A stretch of DNA of 64,000 nucleotides, from assembly GCA_040390125.1 (NCBI GenBank), contig JAZJYZ010000001.1, positions 570,396 through 634,395 of the forward strand, in the 5' to 3' direction. Positions 18,077 to 26,950 of this stretch are shown here, in pieces. The position numbers and the translations under genes were made by a program. The notes beneath the pieces are model-generated. The model did no database searches. It had not been told where the DNA came from and saw only the letters and a program-made list of their open reading frames with translations. This DNA is from Patescibacteria group bacterium (GTDB lineage Bacteria > Patescibacteriota > Minisyncoccia > Phycocordibacterales > Phycocordibacteraceae). Numbering within the stretch: the first letter of the stretch is position 1; every line of letters begins with the position of its first letter.

Positions 18077-18110
18077 AAAGCTGGAAGCTGACAGCTGGAA
18101 CCTGAAAGCT
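18077..18110. repeat. Heptamer array, right arm only
   Basis: aaagct ggaagct gacagct ggaacct gaaagct. Confidence 0.85.
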
Positions 18111-18116
18111 TATCTT

Positions 18117-19418
18117 TCACCCTCTCGACAGCCACTCCGCATCTTGGCGGACAAGGAAGTCTTTCGCTCGCTCGGGTTCTAGCATGAGAGATTTCACGAT
18201 ACGCTCCATACGCATCGATTGAGAACCTTTGACTAAAATCACGTCGCCAGGCTGAACCATAGACACAAGTGCTACTCCGGCATCGGCTCCCCTCTCACAC
18301 TCGAGAATAGTATTCTCCGCCATACCGGCTTCACGTGCACCTTCAGCAACGTTTTTTGTGCGAACTCCAACGGTGACTAATGTATCTGCTGATTGCGGAA
18401 CCAATGCGCCAATGCGACGGTGTTCATCAACCGAAAAGCTTCCAAGCTCCAACATGTCAGCCAACACAGCAATACGCCTGCCTGTCCGTGGAATGTCTGA
18501 AAGTGCAGAGAGGGCCTCTTCGGTGGCGACAGGAGATGCGTTGTACGTGTCATCAATAATGACAGACCCTCGAATGCCCGGGATCAACCGCATGCGACCA
18601 CTTGGAGGTTCATGTTTCTGGAACGTGAGGCAAGCGTCTTTCAAAGGAACACCAACACCTAGTGCAACACCTATTCCTGCCAACACTGAATACACATGAG
18701 AGCGACCAGCGACATCAGGAATAAATACTGCTCCTTGGTCGCCCTGGTATGTAACAGTGAAAGAAACGCCAGTGGGCATTCCATCTTTCTCAGTTGGATG
18801 GAACGAGCTTGCTTTGAGCTCGGCGTCATCTCCAAAACCAAATGTGATTCGCTCTACTCCATTTTTTGTTGTCGCAGAGCGAACATGCTCGTCGTCCGCA
18901 TTACCAACAAAAACGCCGCCCTCTTCAAGCCACCCCGCAGGGGCAAGCTCTTCTTTTATGACTTCTTCGGGAGATGCATAAAACTCCACGTGCACAGAAA
19001 TGTCAGGAAATCGTGTGGCAACTACTACATCAGGCTTCAGCCATGCAAGAGATTTAGTAATATCCCCTGGCCTGTCTGCTCCCACTTCAATAATTAACCA
19101 CTTTGGATACGGGGCATTCAGAATAATGAGTGACACGCCGTCCACAAGATTTCTCATCCACTGAAAGAGGTTTGACCAACCGTTAGGAACGCCAAGTACG
19201 GTCAAGGGAACGCCAATGTCGCTATTAAAACTCTTTTCACTTCGTCGAACAAAAAAAGAACTTGAAAGTGCCGTATAGATTGCATCTTTTGCAGAAGTCT
19301 TACCCACGCTTCCTGTAACGGCAATAATTTTTGGACGATACTTCTTCAGCACCAGTTTTGCCTCTAGTGTCAAAAGCCATACAATGCCGTGACGAAAAAG
19401 TTCTTTGAGATTGTGCAT
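18117..19418 (-). CDS. murF: UDP-MurNAc-tripeptide D-Ala-D-Ala ligase
   Basis: VTGSVGKTS, DDTYNASP, DMLELG, ILVKGS. Confidence 0.95.
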   Translation of the reverse strand: MHNLKELFRHGIVWLLTLEAKLVLKKYRPKIIAVTGSVGKTSAKDAIYTALSSSFFVRRSEKSFNSDIGVPLTVLGVPNGWSNLFQWMRNLVDGVSLIILNAPYPKWLIIEVGADRPGDITKSLAWLKPDVVVATRFPDISVHVEFYASPEEVIKEELAPAGWLEEGGVFVGNADDEHVRSATTKNGVERITFGFGDDAELKASSFHPTEKDGMPTGVSFTVTYQGDQGAVFIPDVAGRSHVYSVLAGIGVALGVGVPLKDACLTFQKHEPPSGRMRLIPGIRGSVIIDDTYNASPVATEEALSALSDIPRTGRRIAVLADMLELGSFSVDEHRRIGALVPQSADTLVTVGVRTKNVAEGAREAGMAENTILECERGADAGVALVSMVQPGDVILVKGSQSMRMERIVKSLMLEPERAKDFLVRQDAEWLSRG

Positions 19419-19463
19419 ACGAAATGATCTAGAGTTTTCAATTACACGTACCGACCCTCACAT

Positions 19464-21203
19464 CTACTCGCCACTTGGGGTACGGTCCGGAGGAATTTCA
19501 TAATAGTTTATCAGAAAATGCACAGTATTCATGAACGGCTGAGTCCACGTCTCTGAGGCATACTGTGCTCCCTTAGGATACACCGCAAAAAAGAACACGA
19601 GAAACTTCGGTTCATACGCAGGAAAATAGCCAAAAAATGAATGGAGATACCTGTCCGTGTAATATCCACGAGCGTCGGGCCTAGCAATTTGTGCTGTTCC
19701 AGTTTTTGCAGCAATACTGTAGTCAGTCATTTTCGCCCTACCACCTTGGAGAGCATCATCCACAACAGTGACAAGCATTCGAGTAATGATTTCATCACTC
19801 TCTTTACTGATGGCCTGCACGGGCGGGCTCCATCCAAGTTTTTTATTTATGCCACCGCCATAGCGAAGCTCAACGCCCACATGTGGAGCCGGCACCACAC
19901 CACCGTTTGCCAACGTTGCGAGTGCTCGAGCCATCGCAACCGGAGTAATGGCAATTCCCTGCCCGAACGAAGCGGTAGCATACTCAACGGCACGAGGGCT
20001 TTCCAGGTTACTCACCAAGGGAGATGCTTCGTTCGGCAAATCAATACCTGTTTCACTGGCGATGCCAAACTTTTTTAAATACTCAGCAAATTTTGTTGTA
20101 CCCATTCTTTTGACGACGAAAGAAACGCCCGTATTGAGTGATTGATTCAATACTTCTTGCATAGGAACAACACCACGAGCTTTGTGGTCGTAGTTGTTGA
20201 TACGTGAACCATCAAGAATAAGAAATCCTTTGTCGTCATAGGTGGTGGTCGGGGTGACGGCACCAGAATCAATGCCTGCAGCCATAGTGATTGCTTTCAT
20301 TGTGGAGCCGAATTCATACACACGCTCTACAAGCGGGTTTGCGAATGCATTTGGGTCTGCGTTTTTGAAATCGTTCAAATCAAAACCCGGACGTGATGCC
20401 ATAGCTACAATGGAGCCGGTTTTGGGATCCATAATGATGGCGCCCACGGTATCGGAGTGCCAGGCTTCATCATATTTTTTGAGAACGTCTTCCAAAAATT
20501 GTTGCACGGACGGCTCGAGAGAGGTTACAAGATCAGCGCCAGGCTCCACAGTGTCGGGAGAAAATTTCGCACGAATGTTTGTAAAGAGATCCGCAAAGAA
20601 ATTCACATACAATCCGCCATCTGCACGTGAGAGTGCGCCATTGTAATAACGCTCTAACCCATACTGACCAGCAACACTTTTACCATCTGCACCAAAACCC
20701 AAAAATCCAATAGTTTGTGCCCCAAGAGTTTTTCCTGGATAGAAACGCCAATGCGATGCCAAAACCTGTACTCCTGGTATTTTTAACGCAGAAATAGCAT
20801 CTCCCGTTTCTGTAGACACCTGCTTTGCAATTTCTGCATAGACACTCTCTTTCTTCGAGGCTTTTTCAAGAAATATGGACTGATCAAGTTCAGGTAGGAA
20901 CTCTTTGAGGGTATTAAATGTGCCCCGGGCATCCGCAAGGCGGGACGGATTGAGAACAATTGTGTAGCCCGCAGCTATAGTAGCGGCGGAAAGAGGAGCG
21001 CCGTCCTTCGTGGTGAAGAGAATACTACCTCTATCTATTTGGTTGGTGCTTTGTTGTACGTATTGGCCCTCTGCTTTGAGGCGGTATTCCTTACCGTGCA
21101 CAACTTGTAGAAAGTATAATCGCACGAGCAATATAAGTGCGATAGCTATGAGGGAGAGCGCAATGAGACGTATGCGAAAAGCAAACTTTGACTTAGCGGT
21201 CAT
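19464..21203 (-). CDS. ftsI: Class B penicillin-binding protein FtsI
   Basis: GSTMK (SxxK), SLN, KTGTAQ; dcw context. Confidence 0.92.
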   Translation of the reverse strand: MTAKSKFAFRIRLIALSLIAIALILLVRLYFLQVVHGKEYRLKAEGQYVQQSTNQIDRGSILFTTKDGAPLSAATIAAGYTIVLNPSRLADARGTFNTLKEFLPELDQSIFLEKASKKESVYAEIAKQVSTETGDAISALKIPGVQVLASHWRFYPGKTLGAQTIGFLGFGADGKSVAGQYGLERYYNGALSRADGGLYVNFFADLFTNIRAKFSPDTVEPGADLVTSLEPSVQQFLEDVLKKYDEAWHSDTVGAIIMDPKTGSIVAMASRPGFDLNDFKNADPNAFANPLVERVYEFGSTMKAITMAAGIDSGAVTPTTTYDDKGFLILDGSRINNYDHKARGVVPMQEVLNQSLNTGVSFVVKRMGTTKFAEYLKKFGIASETGIDLPNEASPLVSNLESPRAVEYATASFGQGIAITPVAMARALATLANGGVVPAPHVGVELRYGGGINKKLGWSPPVQAISKESDEIITRMLVTVVDDALQGGRAKMTDYSIAAKTGTAQIARPDARGYYTDRYLHSFFGYFPAYEPKFLVFFFAVYPKGAQYASETWTQPFMNTVHFLINYYEIPPDRTPSGE

Positions 21204-21233
21204 CTTTATATTCTAGCGTATGAAGCAACTATT

Positions 21234-21361
21234 AGCTGTCAGGTTTCAGCTTTTCAAACAGCTGTCAGGTTTCAGCTGTCAGCTTTCAGCTTTGAATGCA
21301 AAAGCTGGCACCTGGAAGCTGGAAGCTGGAAGCTCTACTTTCTACCTTCTACCTTCTACCT
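21234..21361. repeat. Inverted heptamer array continuing as TCTACCT units into the ftsL stop
   Basis: agctgtc aggtttc agcttt.. / aaagct ggcacct ggaagct x3 then tctactt tctacct x3. Confidence 0.9.
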
Positions 21362-21736
21362 TCCATTATTGAACGAAACAACACTTGATTTACTAACGAA
21401 TGTTGGATTCTTTACCGCAACGTAGCCAAGCGAGCGGGCGTAGGGCTCCGTAAATGTTTGAGTCTTTGCTAAGTATGCGGTTTCAAGATTAGCCACTTCG
21501 GCTGAAGCACGTGAAGCACTACGAACAAGCTCACGGTGTGCTGCGACATGAACAACTGAGGAAAACAAGAAATACACGTACAGAATGGCAAGGAGCACAA
21601 ACCCTACTCCAACTAAAACAACCGCACGGCGTTCAAGTGGGTGTGCGTAGGCAAATATTCCTCCCTGATTTCGGCTTCCAAAAGGCAGAGATCCTTGGAT
21701 GTCTGGTATTTTTTTACTGTGTCGATTTTTATTCAT
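21356..21736 (-). CDS. Probable FtsL-like division protein
   Basis: Single TM plus coiled coil ending YARSLGY, between rsmH and ftsI; start overlaps the rsmH stop. Confidence 0.7.
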   Translation of the reverse strand: MNKNRHSKKIPDIQGSLPFGSRNQGGIFAYAHPLERRAVVLVGVGFVLLAILYVYFLFSSVVHVAAHRELVRSASRASAEVANLETAYLAKTQTFTEPYARSLGYVAVKNPTFVSKSSVVSFNNGR

Positions 21737-22688
21737 GGTTGTGTGTTTTATTTTTTTCAAAAATTCTGAGCTTGGCACTTCTGGCACGAGGATTTTTCTT
21801 TCGCTCGCCCTCGCTCGGTATAATGGGTTTTTTTGTAATACGTACTCCTTTGTCAGCATCCTCTGCTTCACGAAATGCCTGTTTAGTAATCCGATCTTCA
21901 AGGCTATGAAATGAGATGACTGCGAGTCTTCCGCCCGGTGCTAAGAGTGCTAGTGCCTCTTGGAGGGCTTCTCTGAGTGCACCGAGCTCATCATTCACAG
22001 CAATACGCAGTGCCTGGAACGTTCGTGTTGCAGGATGAATCTTTCCTCGTCTATAAAAACCAGGAACCGCTGAAGAAATAATGTCTGCGAGCTGTTTTGC
22101 TGTTTCTATTGTGTGTTTTTTACGTTCTTCAACAATCACCCGAGCAATGCGTCCTGAAAATTTCTCTTCTCCGTATTCTTTGATGATTCTTGCAATCTCT
22201 TCTTCATCCCAATCTTTAATAATGTCTTTTGCGGTATACAAATGATTATCGTCAGAGCCAAGTGTCATCAAAAGTGGTTCGTCGCTCTTAAATGAAAGTC
22301 CCCTGCCTCCTGCAAGTTGCTCTGAGTGCCAGCCTAAATCGAACACGATTCCTTCAGCACTCGTAATACCTGCGTCTTCTGCAAGAGTTTTAATATTGCG
22401 AAAGTTTCCCTGCACATAAATAATTTTTCCAAGGGCATCAGCCAAACGCTCTCTTGAGAGTTTTAGCGAATTTTCATCAACGTCCAAAACTAACAAAGTC
22501 CCCTTCTTCCCTACTATGTGTGAAATCTTTTCTGAGTGACCTCCTGTGCCTACCGTTGCATCAATCGCAGTTGCTCCAGCTTTCAATTCCAAACCATCAA
22601 CTGTTTCATCTAAAAGAACAGTGGAATGAGTACTGAGTTCAGAGTTTAGAGTTCCAAGTTCTGAGTTTTCTCTGAGTGTTTTTTTCAT
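21729..22688 (-). CDS. rsmH: 16S rRNA C1402 methyltransferase
   Basis: DATVGTGGHS, HPATRTFQALRIAVN, SFHSLEDR, NPRARSAKLR. Confidence 0.97.
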   Translation of the reverse strand: MKKTLRENSELGTLNSELSTHSTVLLDETVDGLELKAGATAIDATVGTGGHSEKISHIVGKKGTLLVLDVDENSLKLSRERLADALGKIIYVQGNFRNIKTLAEDAGITSAEGIVFDLGWHSEQLAGGRGLSFKSDEPLLMTLGSDDNHLYTAKDIIKDWDEEEIARIIKEYGEEKFSGRIARVIVEERKKHTIETAKQLADIISSAVPGFYRRGKIHPATRTFQALRIAVNDELGALREALQEALALLAPGGRLAVISFHSLEDRITKQAFREAEDADKGVRITKKPIIPSEGERKKNPRARSAKLRIFEKNKTHNHE

Positions 22689-22734
22689 ATTCCTTTTCTT
22701 AAAGCTGGAAGCCGAAAGCTGTAACCTGAAAGCT
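22627..22734. repeat. Heptamer array with left arm inside the rsmH 5' end
   Basis: tgagtac tgagttc agagttt agagttc caagttc tgagttt (22627-22668); right arm aaagct ggaagcc gaaagct gtaacct gaaagct (22701-22734). Confidence 0.8.
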
Positions 22735-22735
22735 T

Positions 22736-23170
22736 TTATATGACACCTATTTCTCCAAGCTTCGCAGCCATCGCATCTCCTTGCGACTCAATCTGCTCTT
22801 TGTAAGATGCCCAGCGTTTCTTATCCCACACTTCAATGCGGTCATTCACACCTGCAAGTACGACATCCGTTTTGAGAGTCGCAAAATCTTTCAGATAGTC
22901 AGGAATGAGAATGCGTCCTGCGGAATCAACATCAGCCTCCACGGCACCTGCAAGCATGAAGCGATTAAATCCTCGTGTATCAGATGAACCTATAGAAAGT
23001 TGACTAAACTTCTCAGCAAGTTTTTTCCACGACGTTACTGAGAAAACAAAAAGACAATGGTCGAGACCTCGAGTAACGATAACTGTCTTGCCAAGTTCTT
23101 TACGAAAGCGAGCCGGAAGTGAAAGGCGTTTTTTTGGATCAAGCGTGTGTTGGTATTCGCCAATGAGCAT
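22736..23170 (-). CDS. mraZ: Transcriptional regulator MraZ
   Basis: MLIGEYQHTLDPKKRLSLPARFR, DSAGRILIP. Confidence 0.97.
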   Translation of the reverse strand: MLIGEYQHTLDPKKRLSLPARFRKELGKTVIVTRGLDHCLFVFSVTSWKKLAEKFSQLSIGSSDTRGFNRFMLAGAVEADVDSAGRILIPDYLKDFATLKTDVVLAGVNDRIEVWDKKRWASYKEQIESQGDAMAAKLGEIGVI

Positions 23171-23206
23171 GAAAATAAAGGGGATTTTGTGGCTCAAAAC
23201 TTATAT

Positions 23207-23275
23207 GCCACTTTGTCCCACTTACTTCCTATTATATGACACTGTGCCCCACTTTATGTTTACTTATCCCCACTT
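23207..23275 (-). promoter_or_regulatory. MraZ operator (GTGGG-like boxes at about 10-bp period)
   Basis: ccac/cccac repeats near 23208, 23218, 23248, 23269 upstream of mraZ. Confidence 0.75.
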
Positions 23276-23307
23276 CGACTCCCAGGGGTCGCTCAGTGTA
23301 AACACTT
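23271..23307 (+). repeat. TTCGAC..GCTCAG-GTAAA element with CACTT direct repeats
   Basis: cactt cgactcccaggggtcgctcagtgtaaa cactt. Confidence 0.65.
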
Positions 23308-23520
23308 GGAACAGCCAGGCGATGCCTCATCGGATCCGCAGGGATCATTTAGTGTTTAGTGGCTAACGTTTAGGGAATACCCTAATCAAATTCGGAGGGA
23401 ACATTTAGAGAAAAACAAACTCTGAAAAACCCTAAGGTTTCGCCTTAAGGTGTTTAATGCTAGGGTTTAGGCGACACTTCTGATGCTTCATCCCCTGTCG
23501 AGGGTTTTTAGTGAGAAACA
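23300..23520 (+). ncRNA. Candidate structured RNA sharing motifs with the proA leader
   Basis: 23317-23347 is 30/31 identical to 35318-35348 (minus); several further stems. Confidence 0.45.
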
Positions 23521-23526
23521 CATTTC

Positions 23527-23554
23527 AAAAAAACCGCCTAAGGCGGGTAATTTT
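23527..23554 (-). terminator. Intrinsic terminator
   Basis: Minus strand CCGCC-TTA-GGCGG followed by T7. Confidence 0.7.
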
Positions 23555-23573
23555 AGGCTATTTTCTAGTCTAA

Positions 23574-23804
23574 TTATTCTGCCTTGCGGGGGAAAAGTGG
23601 CTCAATCCTGGCCCTCGGCGCTTCAAATTCTGGAAGTTTTTCTGCAAGGAAAAGTGCCCCTTTCCCCACAAGTAAATGGAGAAAAGAATCAAGAGTCCTT
23701 CCTTTGATCCAAGCCACCAGGGAATCATCCATTCTGCGTTCAGCAAAAGCTCGAACCTTTTCTGAAGGAGTCTTTTGAAACTCTTGTCTATATCTTTCAG
23801 TCAT
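23574..23804 (-). CDS. Hypothetical protein
   Basis: 76-aa ORF followed by a terminator. Confidence 0.55.
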   Translation of the reverse strand: MTERYRQEFQKTPSEKVRAFAERRMDDSLVAWIKGRTLDSFLHLLVGKGALFLAEKLPEFEAPRARIEPLFPRKAE

Positions 23805-23822
23805 CGTGCCTATGTTAAGTCT

Positions 23823-23984
23823 TTATTGTTCTTCAGGGTCATCTAGAATGACATGTCCTGGGATCACATCTCCTACTCTTAGTGGATGTACCACATCTTT
23901 CTTTTCCCCCTTTGGGACAACGGTACGTCCAGGAACTGGATGATCAGGCTCAAGCATTCTTTCTACTCTTTCTATTCTCGCCAT
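23823..23984 (-). CDS. Small hypothetical protein (53 aa)
   Basis: Manual translation MARIERVERMLEPDHPVPGRTVVPKGEKK... Confidence 0.5.
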   Translation of the reverse strand: MARIERVERMLEPDHPVPGRTVVPKGEKKDVVHPLRVGDVIPGHVILDDPEEQ

Positions 23985-24033
23985 AGATTTTTTGATTTGA
24001 GTACAAGCATAATAATCCTACTATCAACAGATA

Positions 24034-25629
24034 TCAAGAAACCTCTTTGAGTCGGGAAATAACGAACTCTCTATCCAAAACACTAAGGAACCATCCTACT
24101 TTTGGTCCGTGGTCTTTACCTAAGAATGCTTGGTAAATTGCTCCGAAGAAAGCTTTGGGTTCTATTGCGTGTCGTTTTCGTATTTCATGAATTTCTGTGT
24201 GAAGGGCTAACCCGTCGAGCTTTTCATGACTCTCTATAAAACTAAGAAGATCAGCAAGTGCCTTTTTCTGCTCGGCAGATACATTCTTTGCGGAGTCAGG
24301 AACACTGTTTGTCGCAAGTGAAAACTTAAATTCGTCAGATGCTGATTTTTCTAACCAAATTTTTGCGTACTTGGCTCGAAGCTCAAGCTCTTCTCTATCA
24401 AGTGAAGTGATAGCTTCCCCTTTCAATCGAAGAATCTCAGACTCTAAATCAAGGTGTGGCATCTGTACAAGAAATGCCACTTGCGAAAAACGTGGAAGAA
24501 ATCGTTTCTTTTCTTTGAGCACTGCCCGCTCAGACGGAGCATGAATGTATTCAAAAAGCCTTGAGTCGTCGTCCACAACACCACTCCAGTATTTTTCTGC
24601 AAGCGTGTCGTACGTATCAAAGAGCACGGGAATAGTATCGCCCGCCGGGTCGAAGTTAATTTGTTGATTCATGTCTTTACCAAACAATGCAAGTCTGAAA
24701 ATTGTAGGAGGAAGCAAATCTACAACTTCTTTGGCAGAAGCTCCCTGACCTTTTGATGATGCCATCTTCTTTCCGCCCACAAGAAAAAATTCATTTGATA
24801 CTCCAAACGGTTCTGGATATTCAAACACTTCTTGTGATATGCGCCTCGCAACATCACGGGAGCCCCCTTTGGAATAATGATCCTTGCCACCTCCCTCAAC
24901 ATCAACACCAACAACTTTCCATTTCGCTGCCCAATCGAGTTTCCATAATAATTTTGCGTTTCCGTTGTACGGAGAGATAGAACCGGAATGCCCACATCCT
25001 TCGGTCCATTTCACTGCCGTAGGGTAACAAGCGTAGGTTACTTTCTCGCCGTCAAAGGCTGTCACTTTCGTTGTGCCAACCTTGCCACAGTTCTCGCAGA
25101 TGACCTGTATAGGAAACCAGTCAGCCGGACGAGGGGTGCCATACATCTCTTCATAGATCTTCCGAACAGTAGCTATTTTATCAAGTGCCATCTTGATTGG
25201 CTCATTCATTTTTCCAGAAAGATAGAGTTCGCTTGCACGATAAAACTCTGGAGTAAAGCCGGCATCATGAATCGCTTGAATGTATTCGACTGCGAAATAC
25301 TCTGCGAAATTGGAAGCTACAGCTGGGTCAGGCGATGGAATATTCAAAAGCGGTTTCCCCATGTGCTCTTTATAGACCGATTCATCTAAGTACACCGGAA
25401 GCCCGTCCATCGGGTCAAAATCATTTATCTCGTACTTAAAAACATTTGGGACACCTGCTTCTGTAAGACGCTCTGAAATGGCGGCATGAAGTGCCAAGGC
25501 TCTCATAGAGCCAACATGCACTCTGCCTGAGGCAGTTTTTTCATCACGAACGATGAGCGTGTCACCCGACGCTATTTTTTCTTTGAGCAATGTTTCTATT
25601 TGTCCGTATACCCTATCAAGCCAGAACAT
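24034..25629 (-). CDS. lysS: Lysine-tRNA ligase, class I
   Basis: MFWLD, TASGRVHVGS (HIGH-like), GGGKDH, KMASSKG (KMSKS-like), GPKVGWF. Confidence 0.95.
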   Translation of the reverse strand: MFWLDRVYGQIETLLKEKIASGDTLIVRDEKTASGRVHVGSMRALALHAAISERLTEAGVPNVFKYEINDFDPMDGLPVYLDESVYKEHMGKPLLNIPSPDPAVASNFAEYFAVEYIQAIHDAGFTPEFYRASELYLSGKMNEPIKMALDKIATVRKIYEEMYGTPRPADWFPIQVICENCGKVGTTKVTAFDGEKVTYACYPTAVKWTEGCGHSGSISPYNGNAKLLWKLDWAAKWKVVGVDVEGGGKDHYSKGGSRDVARRISQEVFEYPEPFGVSNEFFLVGGKKMASSKGQGASAKEVVDLLPPTIFRLALFGKDMNQQINFDPAGDTIPVLFDTYDTLAEKYWSGVVDDDSRLFEYIHAPSERAVLKEKKRFLPRFSQVAFLVQMPHLDLESEILRLKGEAITSLDREELELRAKYAKIWLEKSASDEFKFSLATNSVPDSAKNVSAEQKKALADLLSFIESHEKLDGLALHTEIHEIRKRHAIEPKAFFGAIYQAFLGKDHGPKVGWFLSVLDREFVISRLKEVS

Positions 25630-25743
25630 GTGAGCATACTAACAGAGTAAAAGCTGATTTGCTTGTGAAAATAAGTACCACGTATTAATAGTTTGCAAAT
25701 ACTTGACTTTTATTTAATTTACAATATAATATATCTAACCAAT

Positions 25744-25905
25744 ATGTCAGCAGAAGCCACAATAATACGCCAGACTCAAAAAGTAGGAGACATAGAACTT
25801 CCACCCCCTATGGACGTGGTTATAAAATTTTTCGGTTCTGTCTTTACGCTCTTTTTGAAAAATACTGCAAGCCTGCTCGCAGCACCTATCACTTCCAGCA
25901 AATAA
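25744..25905 (+). CDS. Small hypothetical protein
   Basis: TTGACT-16-TATAAT promoter at 25703; terminator hairpin at about 25918-25945. Confidence 0.55.
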   Translation: MSAEATIIRQTQKVGDIELPPPMDVVIKFFGSVFTLFLKNTASLLAAPITSSK

Positions 25906-25977
25906 TCCAACATAATTAAAAGAGCCCCTTCAAGGGCTCTTTTAATTATGTGGAGGTTTACCTTATAAGGTAAAAAC

Positions 25978-26286
25978 TCATTTAACTTTACGATCCAAGA
26001 TGGCAATGGTGCGTATGGTCTGAAGCGGTATAGGAAATTCGTCGATGACGATTCCATGGAATGCACCACTTCGACCATACGAAACTCGACAAACCCCTTT
26101 AGTTTCTTTTATTGTGTTTGTTCTATCAACAATATGGCGAACATAGAGCACGTCACCACTCTCTATACGAGTTCCCTGTATGAAGCCATGAGCTCGCTCT
26201 CTTCTTTCTTTCGCAAGTGCCCGGGCACGTGCAAACCTAGCGAGTCTGTCAGTTTTTAAAAAACCACTACCCACAACCTCTGTCAT
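25978..26286 (-). CDS. Hypothetical protein
   Basis: 102-aa ORF starting 3 nt after the greA stop. Confidence 0.6.
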   Translation of the reverse strand: MTEVVGSGFLKTDRLARFARARALAKERRERAHGFIQGTRIESGDVLYVRHIVDRTNTIKETKGVCRVSYGRSGAFHGIVIDEFPIPLQTIRTIAILDRKVK

Positions 26287-26289
26287 ACA

Positions 26290-26796
26290 CTAAGAAATCT
26301 CGATGACGGTATATTCTTGTCTTCCGTTTGGAGTTGAGAATGTGAATGTTTCGCCCTTCTTCTTACCCATCATAGCTTCACCTAGTGGAGAGAGGTGTGA
26401 AATTTTATTCTCACGCATGTTTGCCTCTTCACTTCCCACAATGGTGTAGGAATGATCACTCTTATCACCCTTTTTGCGTATTTTAATTGTGGAGCCAAAG
26501 CCCGCTGTTCCCTTTTTCTTTTCTGAAATGATGACGGCTGATTTTACAAGGTGTTCAAGCCTGCGAATGCGTTCTTCCGTTGCGGCCTGGAGTTCTCTCG
26601 CTGCTTGATACTCTGCATTTTCAGATAAATCACCAAGAGAACGAGCGTACTCAAGCCCTTCTGCGATTTCCCTTCGAGCGACGGTAATTAAACGCTCAAG
26701 CTCTGCTTTTAATTCATCAAATTTTTCTTGAGAGAGAAGATTTTGTTCTTCTGTTTGGTCGCCTTTGGCACGTGCTTTCATACTGGTATGCGTCAT
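26290..26796 (-). CDS. greA: Transcription elongation factor GreA
   Basis: GDLSENAEYQAARE, ISHLSPLGEA; GGAGG SD before ATG at 26796. Confidence 0.97.
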   Translation of the reverse strand: MTHTSMKARAKGDQTEEQNLLSQEKFDELKAELERLITVARREIAEGLEYARSLGDLSENAEYQAARELQAATEERIRRLEHLVKSAVIISEKKKGTAGFGSTIKIRKKGDKSDHSYTIVGSEEANMRENKISHLSPLGEAMMGKKKGETFTFSTPNGRQEYTVIEIS

Positions 26797-26855
26797 TGTA
26801 TCCTCCATTGTCGAAACGTCAAATCGACACAACAAGCTTCCGGGTTTAATTAAGT

Positions 26856-26946
26856 AGCTTTCAGCTTCCAGCTGTCAGCTGCCAGCTTTTATGAAATTAA
26901 AGCTGAAAGCTATAACCTGACAGCTGACAGCTCAGAGTTAGAAGCT
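26856..26946. repeat. Inverted heptamer array
   Basis: agctttc agcttcc agctgtc agctgcc agcttt / aaagct gaaagct ataacct gacagct gacagct. Confidence 0.9.
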
Positions 26947-26950
26947 TTGA

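Noticed and set aside
23500-23525. Hairpin ribozyme (GAGAAACAC)
   Set aside because: Partner loop-B strand GUAUAUUAC not found
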